DNA of 64,000 bases. Origin: Candidatus Pacearchaeota archaeon (GTDB lineage Archaea; Nanobdellota; Nanobdellia; Pacearchaeales; GW2011-AR1). The position numbers and the translations under genes are program-made. The notes below the pieces were generated by a model, which saw nothing but the letters and a program-made list of their open reading frames with translations, was not told where the DNA came from and made no database searches. Below, piece after piece: positions 55,853 to 64,000 of the stretch (its first letter is position 1; every line of letters begins with the position of its first letter). Location: contig JBNLCO010000010.1 of the NCBI GenBank assembly GCA_050303855.1, positions 124,093 through 188,092 on the forward strand, given 5' to 3'.

Positions 55853-56320
55853 ATGGAAAAACCAATACAACAGAAAGACTCCGAAAGAATAGTAAGAATT
55901 TTATCTAAAGATATAGAAGGAAATACAACAGTTTATTCTGGATTAACTCAAATAAAGGGTGTTTCATGGAGTTTTTCAAATGCAGTTTGTAGAATTCTTG
56001 GAATCGACAAAAAAAAGAAAATTGGATCACTTACTTCTGAAGAAGTGAAAAAAATTGAAGATTTTATAAAAAATCCGCAATTACCTGAATATTTGTTGAA
56101 TAGAAGAAAGGATCTCGAAACAGGAAATGATAAGCATTTGCAAGGAACAGATTTGGAATTAAGAAAAGACTTTGATGTTAAGAGATTAAAACAAATAAGA
56201 AGCTACAGAGGTTTAAGACACACTCTTGGGTTACCTATGAGAGGTCAAAGAACAAAAGCTAATTTCAGAAGAAATAGGAAGAAAGGTTCAGGAATTAAAA
56301 AAAAGAACGTAAAGAAGTAA
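55853..56320 (+). CDS. rps13: 30S ribosomal protein S13 (uS13)
   Basis: ..RILSKDIEGNTTVYSGLTQIKGVSWSFSNAVCRILGID.. motif. Confidence 0.85.
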   Translation: MEKPIQQKDSERIVRILSKDIEGNTTVYSGLTQIKGVSWSFSNAVCRILGIDKKKKIGSLTSEEVKKIEDFIKNPQLPEYLLNRRKDLETGNDKHLQGTDLELRKDFDVKRLKQIRSYRGLRHTLGLPMRGQRTKANFRRNRKKGSGIKKKNVKK

Positions 56321-56321
56321 A

Positions 56322-56831
56322 ATGAAAAGAAAACATAAGATATATTCGAGACCAAAGAGACCTTTTGATAAGAAAAGGATAGAAGAAGAAGGAAAAATCA
56401 AAGAAGAGTTTGGTTTAAAGAATAAGAGAGAAATCTGGAGAGCAGAAGCAAAAATAAAGGTTATAAGAGAAAGGGCTAAGAAACTTGTTTCAGCAAAAGA
56501 TGAAGAGAAGAAAGCGTTCTTTGATAAATTGAATAAACAAGGTTTCAAAGTAACTTCTATTGCAGAGGTTCTTTCATTAACAAAAGAAGATTATCTTAAT
56601 AGAAGATTGCAAACAATTGTTTTTAAGAAAGAGTTAGCAAAGACTCCAAAAGAAGCAAGACAGTTAATAACTCATAAGAAAGTTATTATTGGGGATAGCA
56701 TAGTTAATATTCCCTCTTATTTGGTTTCTATTGAAGAAGAAGGTAAACTGAAAGTTAAAGAAAAGAAGGTTAAGGCTAAGCCGGTAGAAGCTTCAAAAGA
56801 AGAACCAGAGGAGGAAGATAAATCAGAATAA
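56322..56831 (+). CDS. rps4: 30S ribosomal protein S4 (uS4) with acidic/K-rich C-terminal tail
   Basis: MKRKHKIYSRPKRPFDKKRIEEE.. and S4 RNA-binding domain ..EDYLNRRLQTIV... Confidence 0.85.
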   Translation: MKRKHKIYSRPKRPFDKKRIEEEGKIKEEFGLKNKREIWRAEAKIKVIRERAKKLVSAKDEEKKAFFDKLNKQGFKVTSIAEVLSLTKEDYLNRRLQTIVFKKELAKTPKEARQLITHKKVIIGDSIVNIPSYLVSIEEEGKLKVKEKKVKAKPVEASKEEPEEEDKSE

Positions 56832-56832
56832 A

Positions 56833-57315
56833 ATGGCAAAAGAAATAGAAGAAAAAAAAGAAGAAATTGTTGAAGATAATAAGGAAGAGGCTTCGAAAGA
56901 AGAAGTTAAAGAAAAGACTGAAGTTAAGAAAAAAAAGGAGAAGGAAATAGAAGCTGTTGTTAACATTTATACTTCATTCAATAACACAATAGTTCATGTT
57001 ACAGATATGTCTGGGAGGACTCTTGCAAAAGTTTCTGGAGGAATGGTCACAAAGCATTCTAGACTTAAGGCAAACCCTACAATTGCGATGTTTATAGCTA
57101 AAAGAATTGCAGAAAATATGAAAGAAAAAGGAGTCAAATCTCTTTATATTAAAATAAGAGCTAAGACTGGAAATCCAACTCCGGGTCCTGGAGCTAATGC
57201 TATCGTTAAGAGTCTTACAAAGGAAGGTTTTAGAATATTAAATATCTTAGATGTTACACGTGTTCCAAGAGGAGGTCCAAAGAAGAAAGGTGGAAGACGT
57301 GGTAGAAGGCCGTAG
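56833..57315 (+). CDS. rps11: 30S ribosomal protein S11 (uS11) with K/E-rich N-terminal extension
   Basis: ..AVVNIYTSFNNTIVHVTDMSGRTLAKVSGGM.. motif. Confidence 0.85.
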   Translation: MAKEIEEKKEEIVEDNKEEASKEEVKEKTEVKKKKEKEIEAVVNIYTSFNNTIVHVTDMSGRTLAKVSGGMVTKHSRLKANPTIAMFIAKRIAENMKEKGVKSLYIKIRAKTGNPTPGPGANAIVKSLTKEGFRILNILDVTRVPRGGPKKKGGRRGRRP

Positions 57316-57354
57316 ACCCCTTAAATTTAAAAAACCCCAAAATAACCTAATAAT

Positions 57355-58059
57355 ATGGAAAAAATAAACGAAACAAAGGATAAGCTTGTATTTAAGGCAG
57401 AAGTTGATGAGAGCTTAGCTAACGCCGTTAGAAGGTATGTTCACCAGATACCTGTGGTTGCTGTCGATAGTGTAGAAATCTCAAGAAACGATTCTCCTTT
57501 GTATGATGAAACCGTTGCTCATAGAATTGGATTAATCCCTTTGAAACAAAATAAAAAAGAAGGAACAATGAAATTAAAGGTGAGTAAAGAAGGATTTGCT
57601 TATTCCGGAGAATTTGAAGGAGACATTAGTGTAGTTTATGATGGAATACCAATAACTTTGTTGAATAAAGGACAAGAAATTGATTTAACTGCTACTGCAA
57701 AGACTGGAAAGGGTGCAGACCATTCTAAATTCTCTCCTGGATTATTTTATTACAGAAAAGTGTTAGAGCTATCTATGGAGAAAGATGTTGCAGACAGATT
57801 AAAAAGAATGTATCCAGAAATAGAAATTAAGACAAAAGGTAATAAAGCGGTAGTTATTGATGATCAAGAAAGAGAAGTTTATGATTTTTGTGAGGGAGTT
57901 AGTGAAAAGGAAGGAAAGGAAGTTGAAGTTAAACCAATGAAAGAGTTGGTTGTTACAATTGAATCATTTGGCCAGATCCCTGCTAAAGATATTTTTACTA
58001 AATCATTAGATGTTTTGAAAAAAGATTTAGAAGATTTTGCAAAAAAAATAGCAAAATAA
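57355..58059 (+). CDS. rpoD: DNA-directed RNA polymerase subunit D (Rpb3-like)
   Basis: ..LANAVRRYVHQIPVVAVDSVEISRNDSPLYDETVAHRIGLIPLK.. motif. Conserved position after S13-S4-S11. Confidence 0.8.
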   Translation: MEKINETKDKLVFKAEVDESLANAVRRYVHQIPVVAVDSVEISRNDSPLYDETVAHRIGLIPLKQNKKEGTMKLKVSKEGFAYSGEFEGDISVVYDGIPITLLNKGQEIDLTATAKTGKGADHSKFSPGLFYYRKVLELSMEKDVADRLKRMYPEIEIKTKGNKAVVIDDQEREVYDFCEGVSEKEGKEVEVKPMKELVVTIESFGQIPAKDIFTKSLDVLKKDLEDFAKKIAK

Positions 58060-58525
58060 TTTTTCTAAAAAATAAAATATAATTTTGGATTTTTGTGACA
58101 AGAAATTTGTCTTTGGAAGTAATAATTTAATGAAATAGGGTATTTCGGGTAGGCTTATTTTTGGAAATTTTGCAAAAAAAATATCCCAAAACCAAATTAA
58201 TGATTCGGGGATATTTTGTGAATTTAATGTAACGAATGATAAAGCTTCTGCGGGGGCAAAAGAATTTTAAAGAAATCACCGGAATTAAGGAAGTATAAAT
58301 AGAATTCAAATGAATCCCCTCCTTTATTTAAATAGAGGACCCAGCAATAATTTTCTTCCCAAATTAGCTTCGCTTTATTTCTTAATTCTCCCCAGCTAGG
58401 ACTAGTTTTTGTAAGCGACCAGTCATTTGTTTGAATTACTCCGAATATCGAATTAGGAGAATTTTCTTTATTGAAAGCTTCTTTTACAATTTCTAAATCA
58501 TTTTTCATACCATTTTATTTTAAGG

Positions 58526-59092
58526 TTAAGCAAAATAATTAATTGAGATGAAATTAAGAGGGTGGAATTCGCCTTGTTCTTTTTCAGATTTTATTTTCTC
58601 ATGAGACCTCCAAACCTTTCCATCTTGTCCAATCAATATGGCCTTATCGCCAGCGTAAACAATGTACTTGGGTCTTGGATCTACCTGATAAACATAATCC
58701 TCTTCGGCACTGTAATTATCACAGAAATCTTCATAATCTTCTATCTTTAATGACCGCCCGCTCTTAAATATAACTCTAACAGAGAGAGGGTTTTCTTTTA
58801 GGATAGGTTTCAGATCATCATATTTCCAAAATTCTTTGAATGGGACAAAACGAACAACTTTGACTAAAGAATCTTCTCCTTTAATCGAATATCCTTCCGT
58901 GTTTATTAGTTTGGATTCCTTTTTCTTCAGGAATCCTTTTTCTTCAACAAATTTTGCGGCGTCAGTCACAAAATCTTCAAGCGTTGCCTCTTTTGGAGGT
59001 TTTACTATTTTCTCCTGAGTTTTAGGAGATTTTTTATTGCAACCAGAAATAAAAAGTGCAATAATTACTAAAATAACGATACGTGTTTTCAT
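58526..59092 (-). CDS. predicted lipoprotein (unknown function)
   Basis: Signal peptide MKTRIVILVIIALFISGC with lipobox-like ISGC. Confidence 0.45.
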   Translation of the reverse strand: MKTRIVILVIIALFISGCNKKSPKTQEKIVKPPKEATLEDFVTDAAKFVEEKGFLKKKESKLINTEGYSIKGEDSLVKVVRFVPFKEFWKYDDLKPILKENPLSVRVIFKSGRSLKIEDYEDFCDNYSAEEDYVYQVDPRPKYIVYAGDKAILIGQDGKVWRSHEKIKSEKEQGEFHPLNFISINYFA

Positions 59093-59118
59093 AATTATAA
59101 ATTTAATTTGGATAATTT

Positions 59119-59460
59119 TTAAAACAAAAGACTAAAATAATTATCAATTTCATTATCAGATACGGCCTCTTCAAAATTCTCTATATTTTTTACAGCAAGT
59201 TTTAATTTATTAAAACAATCTTCTGTAATGATCAAAAAAGGCGATTCTTTATAAGGGACCTTAATAGTGATGATGTAATCTTGATTTCTTAGAAGAGGAA
59301 TAATCTTCTTATAATGCTTATAGAATTCATCGGAATCTGACATGAAACCAAGCGCAATGAGCTCTTGAATTGCTTCTATAGTTAAACGTGTTATCCCGGG
59401 CTCTTTTAAAGTCTTTATAACATCTTTATTGTTCATCTTTTTATCAATTATATTAAACAA
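59119..59460 (-). CDS. hypothetical protein (113 aa, no signal peptide)
   Basis: ORF co-directional with, and tightly spaced to, the neighbouring secreted-protein genes. Confidence 0.35.
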   Translation of the reverse strand: MFNIIDKKMNNKDVIKTLKEPGITRLTIEAIQELIALGFMSDSDEFYKHYKKIIPLLRNQDYIITIKVPYKESPFLIITEDCFNKLKLAVKNIENFEEAVSDNEIDNYFSLLF

Positions 59461-59533
59461 AAAGAAAAGGCATAAGCTATTGCTCTTTGCCTTTTCTAAG
59501 TTAGAGATTGGTATAGAAGAAATTAATAGGAGA

Positions 59534-60397
59534 TTAATTTGTATTAGTTTGGGTTGTTGATGGATTGCTTAATACTTCAAACCTTTCTTTAATCATTGTT
59601 ATGGAAAGCTTCTTGTGGGTATTGGAGGCGTATCCCATATTAACAACAACCAAATATTGTCCTGGTTCAAGTTCCAGCCCGATATTTTTGCCTTGTACAA
59701 ACTTTTCAAAACGATTATTGTAACCGTTACCTCTTATCTGAAAAGTTTCAACTTTCAAGACCTTTCCAGTTGAAGCGTCATATATTTTTGCATTAATACA
59801 AGGTATATCTTTTGATAACATTTTAATATAAAATGCAAAGTTTATTTCTTCTCCTTGAACGAATGATCTTTTCTTGCCTTGGAATTCATCTATTTGAGCA
59901 AGACCATCTCTGTTAAAATCAGAATACCAATTGTACATGAAAATATTGCCCAAAGTGGCATAATCCTTTACTCCAAAAGTATTTGAGGGTATGTATGCAA
60001 AGTTTACTAACTCATTTTGAGTATACTCTGGAAGAGTATGGGAGACAGAAACGGGGGTGTGTATAACGTTAAAGTCGCCTGGATCTTCGTTTGCCCAGGT
60101 GTATCCTTCATCAGGGTACACTCTCCTAGTGCCATCAACTTCTAAAACATGAGTATTTGGATAGTTATGCGTTACATTTATGTTTTGGGTGGAAGTATTT
60201 GAAGCGGTAGTAATCTCCATAGTGTATTCCATTTCACCAGATGTTGTAAGAGCCTTTCCCAATACACGGGAAAATTTATTTGCACCATTTTCTACTAAAA
60301 ACTCTCCAGCAATAATTTTCGCCTGAGTTTTAACTGATTGCGCACTTGTACCTAGTACAAGTAGAACCATTACTGAAATAAAAACTAATTTTTTCAT
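59534..60397 (-). CDS. secreted hypothetical protein
   Basis: N-terminal Sec signal MKKLVFISVMVLLVLGTSAQS. 287 aa, Asn/Thr-rich. Confidence 0.45.
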   Translation of the reverse strand: MKKLVFISVMVLLVLGTSAQSVKTQAKIIAGEFLVENGANKFSRVLGKALTTSGEMEYTMEITTASNTSTQNINVTHNYPNTHVLEVDGTRRVYPDEGYTWANEDPGDFNVIHTPVSVSHTLPEYTQNELVNFAYIPSNTFGVKDYATLGNIFMYNWYSDFNRDGLAQIDEFQGKKRSFVQGEEINFAFYIKMLSKDIPCINAKIYDASTGKVLKVETFQIRGNGYNNRFEKFVQGKNIGLELEPGQYLVVVNMGYASNTHKKLSITMIKERFEVLSNPSTTQTNTN

Positions 60398-60478
60398 CTT
60401 ATTTAATTTTTGTTAATAAATGTTATTTTTAATAAAAAAGAAACCTCCAGAGAGGTTTCATAAAAATTGCTTAAGAAA

Positions 60479-61207
60479 TTATTCTTTCTTAACAAAAATT
60501 CGAGAATAATTATTTATTCCAAGAAGCAATTGGTTTGAACAAATATAAACCAAATTTGTGACTATTTGACATCTAAAAGCCCCGTTTATGGAATTAGAGG
60601 GGTGCATTAAACTGATCTTATGATCTCCGTTTCCTTGTGTGGGCACCCCATATTCATCAATATCTCCATAATAACGCCACTTAGCTGAATAATCCTCAGA
60701 CCAAATAGATCTTTCTGTAAGATCGAATAACCCTTCCTTAGTTAATTCTAATCCCGGAAGATCAATTTTAAGAGGAATTTTTAATTTTCCAAAAGAATCA
60801 ATCTCTCCAAGAGATTTTTTGAATGATTTGAACTGGTTGATCAAATGGGTTGCATCTCCCTTATTTATACTCACTCCGTTAAGATAAATCCCTGCTTCAA
60901 CCAAGTGTTTTCCAAAGAATATTTTTTGGTTATTGTAACATTGATATGTTGTCAAAGGATTGTTTTTCAGACCTTCAGTATTTACCCACATATCATAAAG
61001 AACAATGAACTTTGGGTTAGCACGAATAATATCTACTTTTCCGGTTGAATAAACAATATCTTTTGTCATTAATTCGAAAACTTCTTTTCTAAGAAAAGAT
61101 CTTCCGAACCTGAGAACTTCTTTGAATATTTCAACATCTGAAAGCATTTCTCCATTCACTTTTAAACTTAATTCATGGAAAGGGTTTGATCTTAAAATAT
61201 TTTCCAT
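60479..61207 (-). CDS. hypothetical protein (242 aa)
   Basis: Long ORF, no signal peptide, no recognised domain. Confidence 0.4.
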   Translation of the reverse strand: MENILRSNPFHELSLKVNGEMLSDVEIFKEVLRFGRSFLRKEVFELMTKDIVYSTGKVDIIRANPKFIVLYDMWVNTEGLKNNPLTTYQCYNNQKIFFGKHLVEAGIYLNGVSINKGDATHLINQFKSFKKSLGEIDSFGKLKIPLKIDLPGLELTKEGLFDLTERSIWSEDYSAKWRYYGDIDEYGVPTQGNGDHKISLMHPSNSINGAFRCQIVTNLVYICSNQLLLGINNYSRIFVKKE

Positions 61208-61370
61208 AATTGTTGTTTTACATTATACATTATTTTTTCTTCTTGTTGAAACCTTTCTTCCTATTATATTCCAACCTTCTTTTTATCTTCTCTGGATTTA
61301 CCTCAGAAGAATCAATAAAATCTTCTTGCAAAAATAGATTGTTTTTCATAAGAACTAATTTAAATTATAA

Positions 61371-62561
61371 CTACTCTTTAATCCCTGTTATCCGGATTTT
61401 ACGGAGGTGTAGATATTCATTCTTTTCTTTTAGGAATTTATCATATTTTGCCACCACTCCTATCTTTATTATCCCTTCACTTTGATTAATTGACTTATTA
61501 AATTTTGTTAGATAATCTAAAGGGTCTTCCCAATTAAAGTCAGGGATTGGAGAAGAATAAATATCAAAAAGAAGGAAAATGTTTCCAAGACTATCTTGTC
61601 CAAATATTTCCAAATGACCTCCCTTTTTATTCCCCGCATCAAAAGATAGTTTTGTAATTGCATAACCTGACTCTGAGAACAAATCATCAAACCAAATAGT
61701 GTCCTTACACCCATATAATTTAAAGGGCCCTTCAATTTTGGAAGTCTCTTTTGGGATAAAGGTTGTATCTCCAGGGGCGAAAACAAATACAGAATCATAA
61801 ATCACAAGAGTATCTTTACTTGAAATGAAAACGCTGTCTATGCTATACACTGTGTCTTTCTGGTAAATGTAAATATACTCTATATTATAAATTGTATCAA
61901 GTTCAAAAGTAAAAATTGAATCTATACTAAAAACCGTATCTTTTTTATAGATAATAACAGAATCTATACTAAAAATAGTGTCAAAGAAATTATTTACAAC
62001 AAATACTGTATCTAACTTCGATATTATAAGTGTGTCCACATTGGAAATTATTTCTCTTATAGTATCATAAAAGAAATAAATTTTTGTCTGAACAATTGTG
62101 TCTTTTTCCACAATCCAATTAATTTTTCCACAAACTGTATCTTGAAGCAATAAAACATCTTCTTCATAAAACAAATAAATGTGGCACAAATCATTAAGGG
62201 CAACTGCCTCAAAATGAAAGTCGGGTTTTGTAACTTGGCTTGAATCGCCTTTTGGACCTTGAGGACCCCTATCTCCATTACAAGTAGTGTCTCTATATAT
62301 GAACCTGTCAACACCTTCATTATAGGTGGCATCTTCATCAAGGTTTTGATAAAGTGTTCTCACCCGGCACAATTCATCTATCTTTTTTGATTCAGAAAGA
62401 ATTGGGGGCCACTCTGGAGATCCGATATAGATTGTATCCACCCTGCCTTCTGGAGAGTTTATAGTTACATCAATAGAAACATTTGTTTCTTCCAAATAAT
62501 CTTCACAAGAGATAATTGTAAAGATTGTAATCACTATTACTAAATAGATTAAATTTCTCAT
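61371..62561 (-). CDS. predicted lipoprotein with internal 14-aa tandem repeats and a short collagen-like G-X-Y stretch
   Basis: MRNLIYLVIVITIFTIISC lipobox. Six DT[VI]xSIDSxF-type repeats. GDRGPQGPKGD. Confidence 0.5.
   Translation of the reverse strand: MRNLIYLVIVITIFTIISCEDYLEETNVSIDVTINSPEGRVDTIYIGSPEWPPILSESKKIDELCRVRTLYQNLDEDATYNEGVDRFIYRDTTCNGDRGPQGPKGDSSQVTKPDFHFEAVALNDLCHIYLFYEEDVLLLQDTVCGKINWIVEKDTIVQTKIYFFYDTIREIISNVDTLIISKLDTVFVVNNFFDTIFSIDSVIIYKKDTVFSIDSIFTFELDTIYNIEYIYIYQKDTVYSIDSVFISSKDTLVIYDSVFVFAPGDTTFIPKETSKIEGPFKLYGCKDTIWFDDLFSESGYAITKLSFDAGNKKGGHLEIFGQDSLGNIFLLFDIYSSPIPDFNWEDPLDYLTKFNKSINQSEGIIKIGVVAKYDKFLKEKNEYLHLRKIRITGIKE
61797..62057 (-). repeat. ~42-nt tandem coding repeats (6 units) inside the lipoprotein gene
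   Basis: Recurring gaatctatactaaaaa... DNA units and the DTVFSIDSxF peptide periodicity. Confidence 0.5.
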
Positions 62562-62588
62562 AAATTTAAAGATTTAAAGGGTTATTAG

Positions 62589-63479
62589 TTAAAATTTTAT
62601 TTTTAAGCCTGCACCATATTGAGAGGTTTCTAATTCAAAAGAATTCAACAATTTGTATTGGTTTTTTATTTCTCTGAATTTTCTTCCAAATATTCCATCC
62701 AAAAGAATTATGCCGCCTGCTGTTATTAAAACTGGCTTAAAGGGGTTCATCGTTTCCTTATAGGATTCAATTTTAGTCGAAACTTCAACACCATCCAAGT
62801 TTAAGTTAATGTCTTGGTTCGTTCTTTTAATTCTATCAGGTAGAAAAAACCCTCCAATAATTAAACCTGATCCAAGAGCGGTTTCGTAGTTTAGAAAATC
62901 ATTAAATTTCCATTTCAAAGTTTCTTCAAGAGACAAGAGGGATTTTTTTGAGAGTAAATTACAAGGATATTCAAAATAATGGTACATTGAATCAATATCT
63001 CCTTTATAGTCTAAAAGAATTAATGTATCTTTTCTAGAATATTCTTCAATAACAATATACGAATCTTTTGGGCATTCTTTTTTATCAGTTTTTCCCAATT
63101 CAATAGAAGGTTCACTGTTATTACTCTCATTTCTGGAGGAATCAATCGTCACACCTTTATTTGCAGAAAAGGTTGAATTCTTCTTATGCGATCCAACCTT
63201 GGATCTGGAAGGTTTTCTATTAGTTTGTCCTTTAATTTTAGGACATGTGCAGCAACAAGTGTCTACTTTTTCTTCTAGTTTCCTTAATTTATCTGAAAGG
63301 ATAATCATTTCATCAGTTAAAGTATTCAAATTTAATTTATTTCTGAGTACTTCACTTTCGAGTGGAGATATACTTCCATTGGAGGAGCTTTTATCTTTCC
63401 AAAAAGTTCCGTACGCTACAAAACAAAGTATCGCAAAAAGCAATACAGTGTTTATGTGAGAATTTTTGATTGTTTTCAT
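62589..63479 (-). CDS. membrane-anchored/secreted protein with coiled-coil, Cys-cluster and C-terminal beta-rich domain ending in Phe
   Basis: N-terminal hydrophobic anchor. CCCTCPK cluster. C-terminal ..YGAGLKIKF-stop. Confidence 0.45.
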   Translation of the reverse strand: MKTIKNSHINTVLLFAILCFVAYGTFWKDKSSSNGSISPLESEVLRNKLNLNTLTDEMIILSDKLRKLEEKVDTCCCTCPKIKGQTNRKPSRSKVGSHKKNSTFSANKGVTIDSSRNESNNSEPSIELGKTDKKECPKDSYIVIEEYSRKDTLILLDYKGDIDSMYHYFEYPCNLLSKKSLLSLEETLKWKFNDFLNYETALGSGLIIGGFFLPDRIKRTNQDINLNLDGVEVSTKIESYKETMNPFKPVLITAGGIILLDGIFGRKFREIKNQYKLLNSFELETSQYGAGLKIKF

Positions 63480-64000
63480 TTTTAAAATTTTAAAGTTTTA
63501 AACTATTTTCAGATTATTTCTTGAACAAGAGGACAAATTAATATAACCTGATATTAAATTTTGGTTATTATTTTTCTTTGAATCCTTTCTTGAGAGATTT
63601 TCGATTCTAAATAAAATGATCTTTTTTCTCATTTTTCTACTATTTTTTGAGGATTGTTTTTTAAATAAACTAAAATATTATCAAACTCATGGAAGGCTCA
63701 ATACCGATATCTGGATCATCTGGAAAGTTATCTCCATAGTTATAATAGATGTCGTATTGATCCTCCTCAAAAAAATATTTTAAATTCATAATTTTATCTC
63801 CTATTTTTAATTATATCTTTTAAAATTAAATTCTCTCGGCTCTTATGAACATGTCTCGGTAGGCATGTTTTTGGTTTCTAAATAGATTCCTCCAAGAACT
63901 TCTTCTCAAGATTATCTTTGCCAAAGTTTTAGACACGGCTATTGGATTCCAAAGCAAAGGAATCTCGGGAGATCTATAAATCTCTGTTTGAATTATTTTA

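Noticed and set aside
58060-58525. 465-bp AT-rich region after rpoD considered as possible ncRNA (SRP/RNase P RNA)
   Set aside because: No conserved SRP Alu/S-domain or RNase P P4 motifs recognisable. Contains only a weak 94-aa ORF (58224..58508, minus) and T-rich terminator-like runs.
1-64000. CRISPR arrays, integrases/transposases, prophage genes
   Set aside because: Scanned intergenic regions and ORF translations. No direct-repeat/spacer periodicity and no recombinase-like proteins seen. Only the HNH gene hints at mobility.

Overview
This is AT-rich archaeal DNA (roughly 30% GC by eye). The first quarter of the window (3.1-17.7 kb, + strand) holds the near-complete archaeal L3-to-SecY ribosomal-protein superoperon. 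It contains archaea/eukaryote-specific markers (S4e, L32e, L19e, SUI1) and many K/E-rich terminal extensions. Nearly every gene junction there is a tight TAA-A-ATG or ATGA overlap. Five small unrecognisable ORFs are wedged between universally adjacent r-protein genes.

Downstream of SecY lie a DUF106/YidC-like gene, prefoldin alpha and an eIF2B-family (ribose-1,5-bisphosphate isomerase-like) gene. A truncated AMP-phosphorylase-like gene sits at the window start.

A ~28 kb glycosylation island spans 20.6-49 kb. It starts with AglH-like and AglB/STT3 (WWDYG motif) and carries a full nucleotide-heptose module (GmhA, an HddC-CBS-HddA tri-domain fusion, an HAD phosphatase). It also has a 4,6-dehydratase, several NAD epimerase/reductases and a ColD/E1-type PLP/PMP 3-dehydratase with His in place of the Schiff-base Lys. 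Further members are a ThDP-dependent (YerE/ALS-like) enzyme, a PanB-like hydroxymethyltransferase homolog, a GT10 fucosyltransferase-like protein, AsnB, methyltransferases, multiple GT1/GT2/GT26 transferases and a Wzx-type flippase. Together they predict an unusual, possibly branched, deoxy-heptose/hexose glycan.

SecD/SecF follow. Then comes an RNA-gene patch: intron-containing tRNA-Gly(UCC), an HNH endonuclease gene, tRNA-Arg(CCU), an Ogg2-like glycosylase, tRNA-Leu, and an unlinked 5S rRNA with an oligo-T terminator. After that come the conserved RpoN, L21e-RpoF-DUF655 and S13-S4-S11-RpoD blocks.

The last 6 kb (minus strand) is a cluster of lipoprotein/secreted/repeat proteins of unknown function. 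No CRISPR array, transposase or integrase was seen.

Coordinates for RNA genes were derived by hand and may be off by a base or two.
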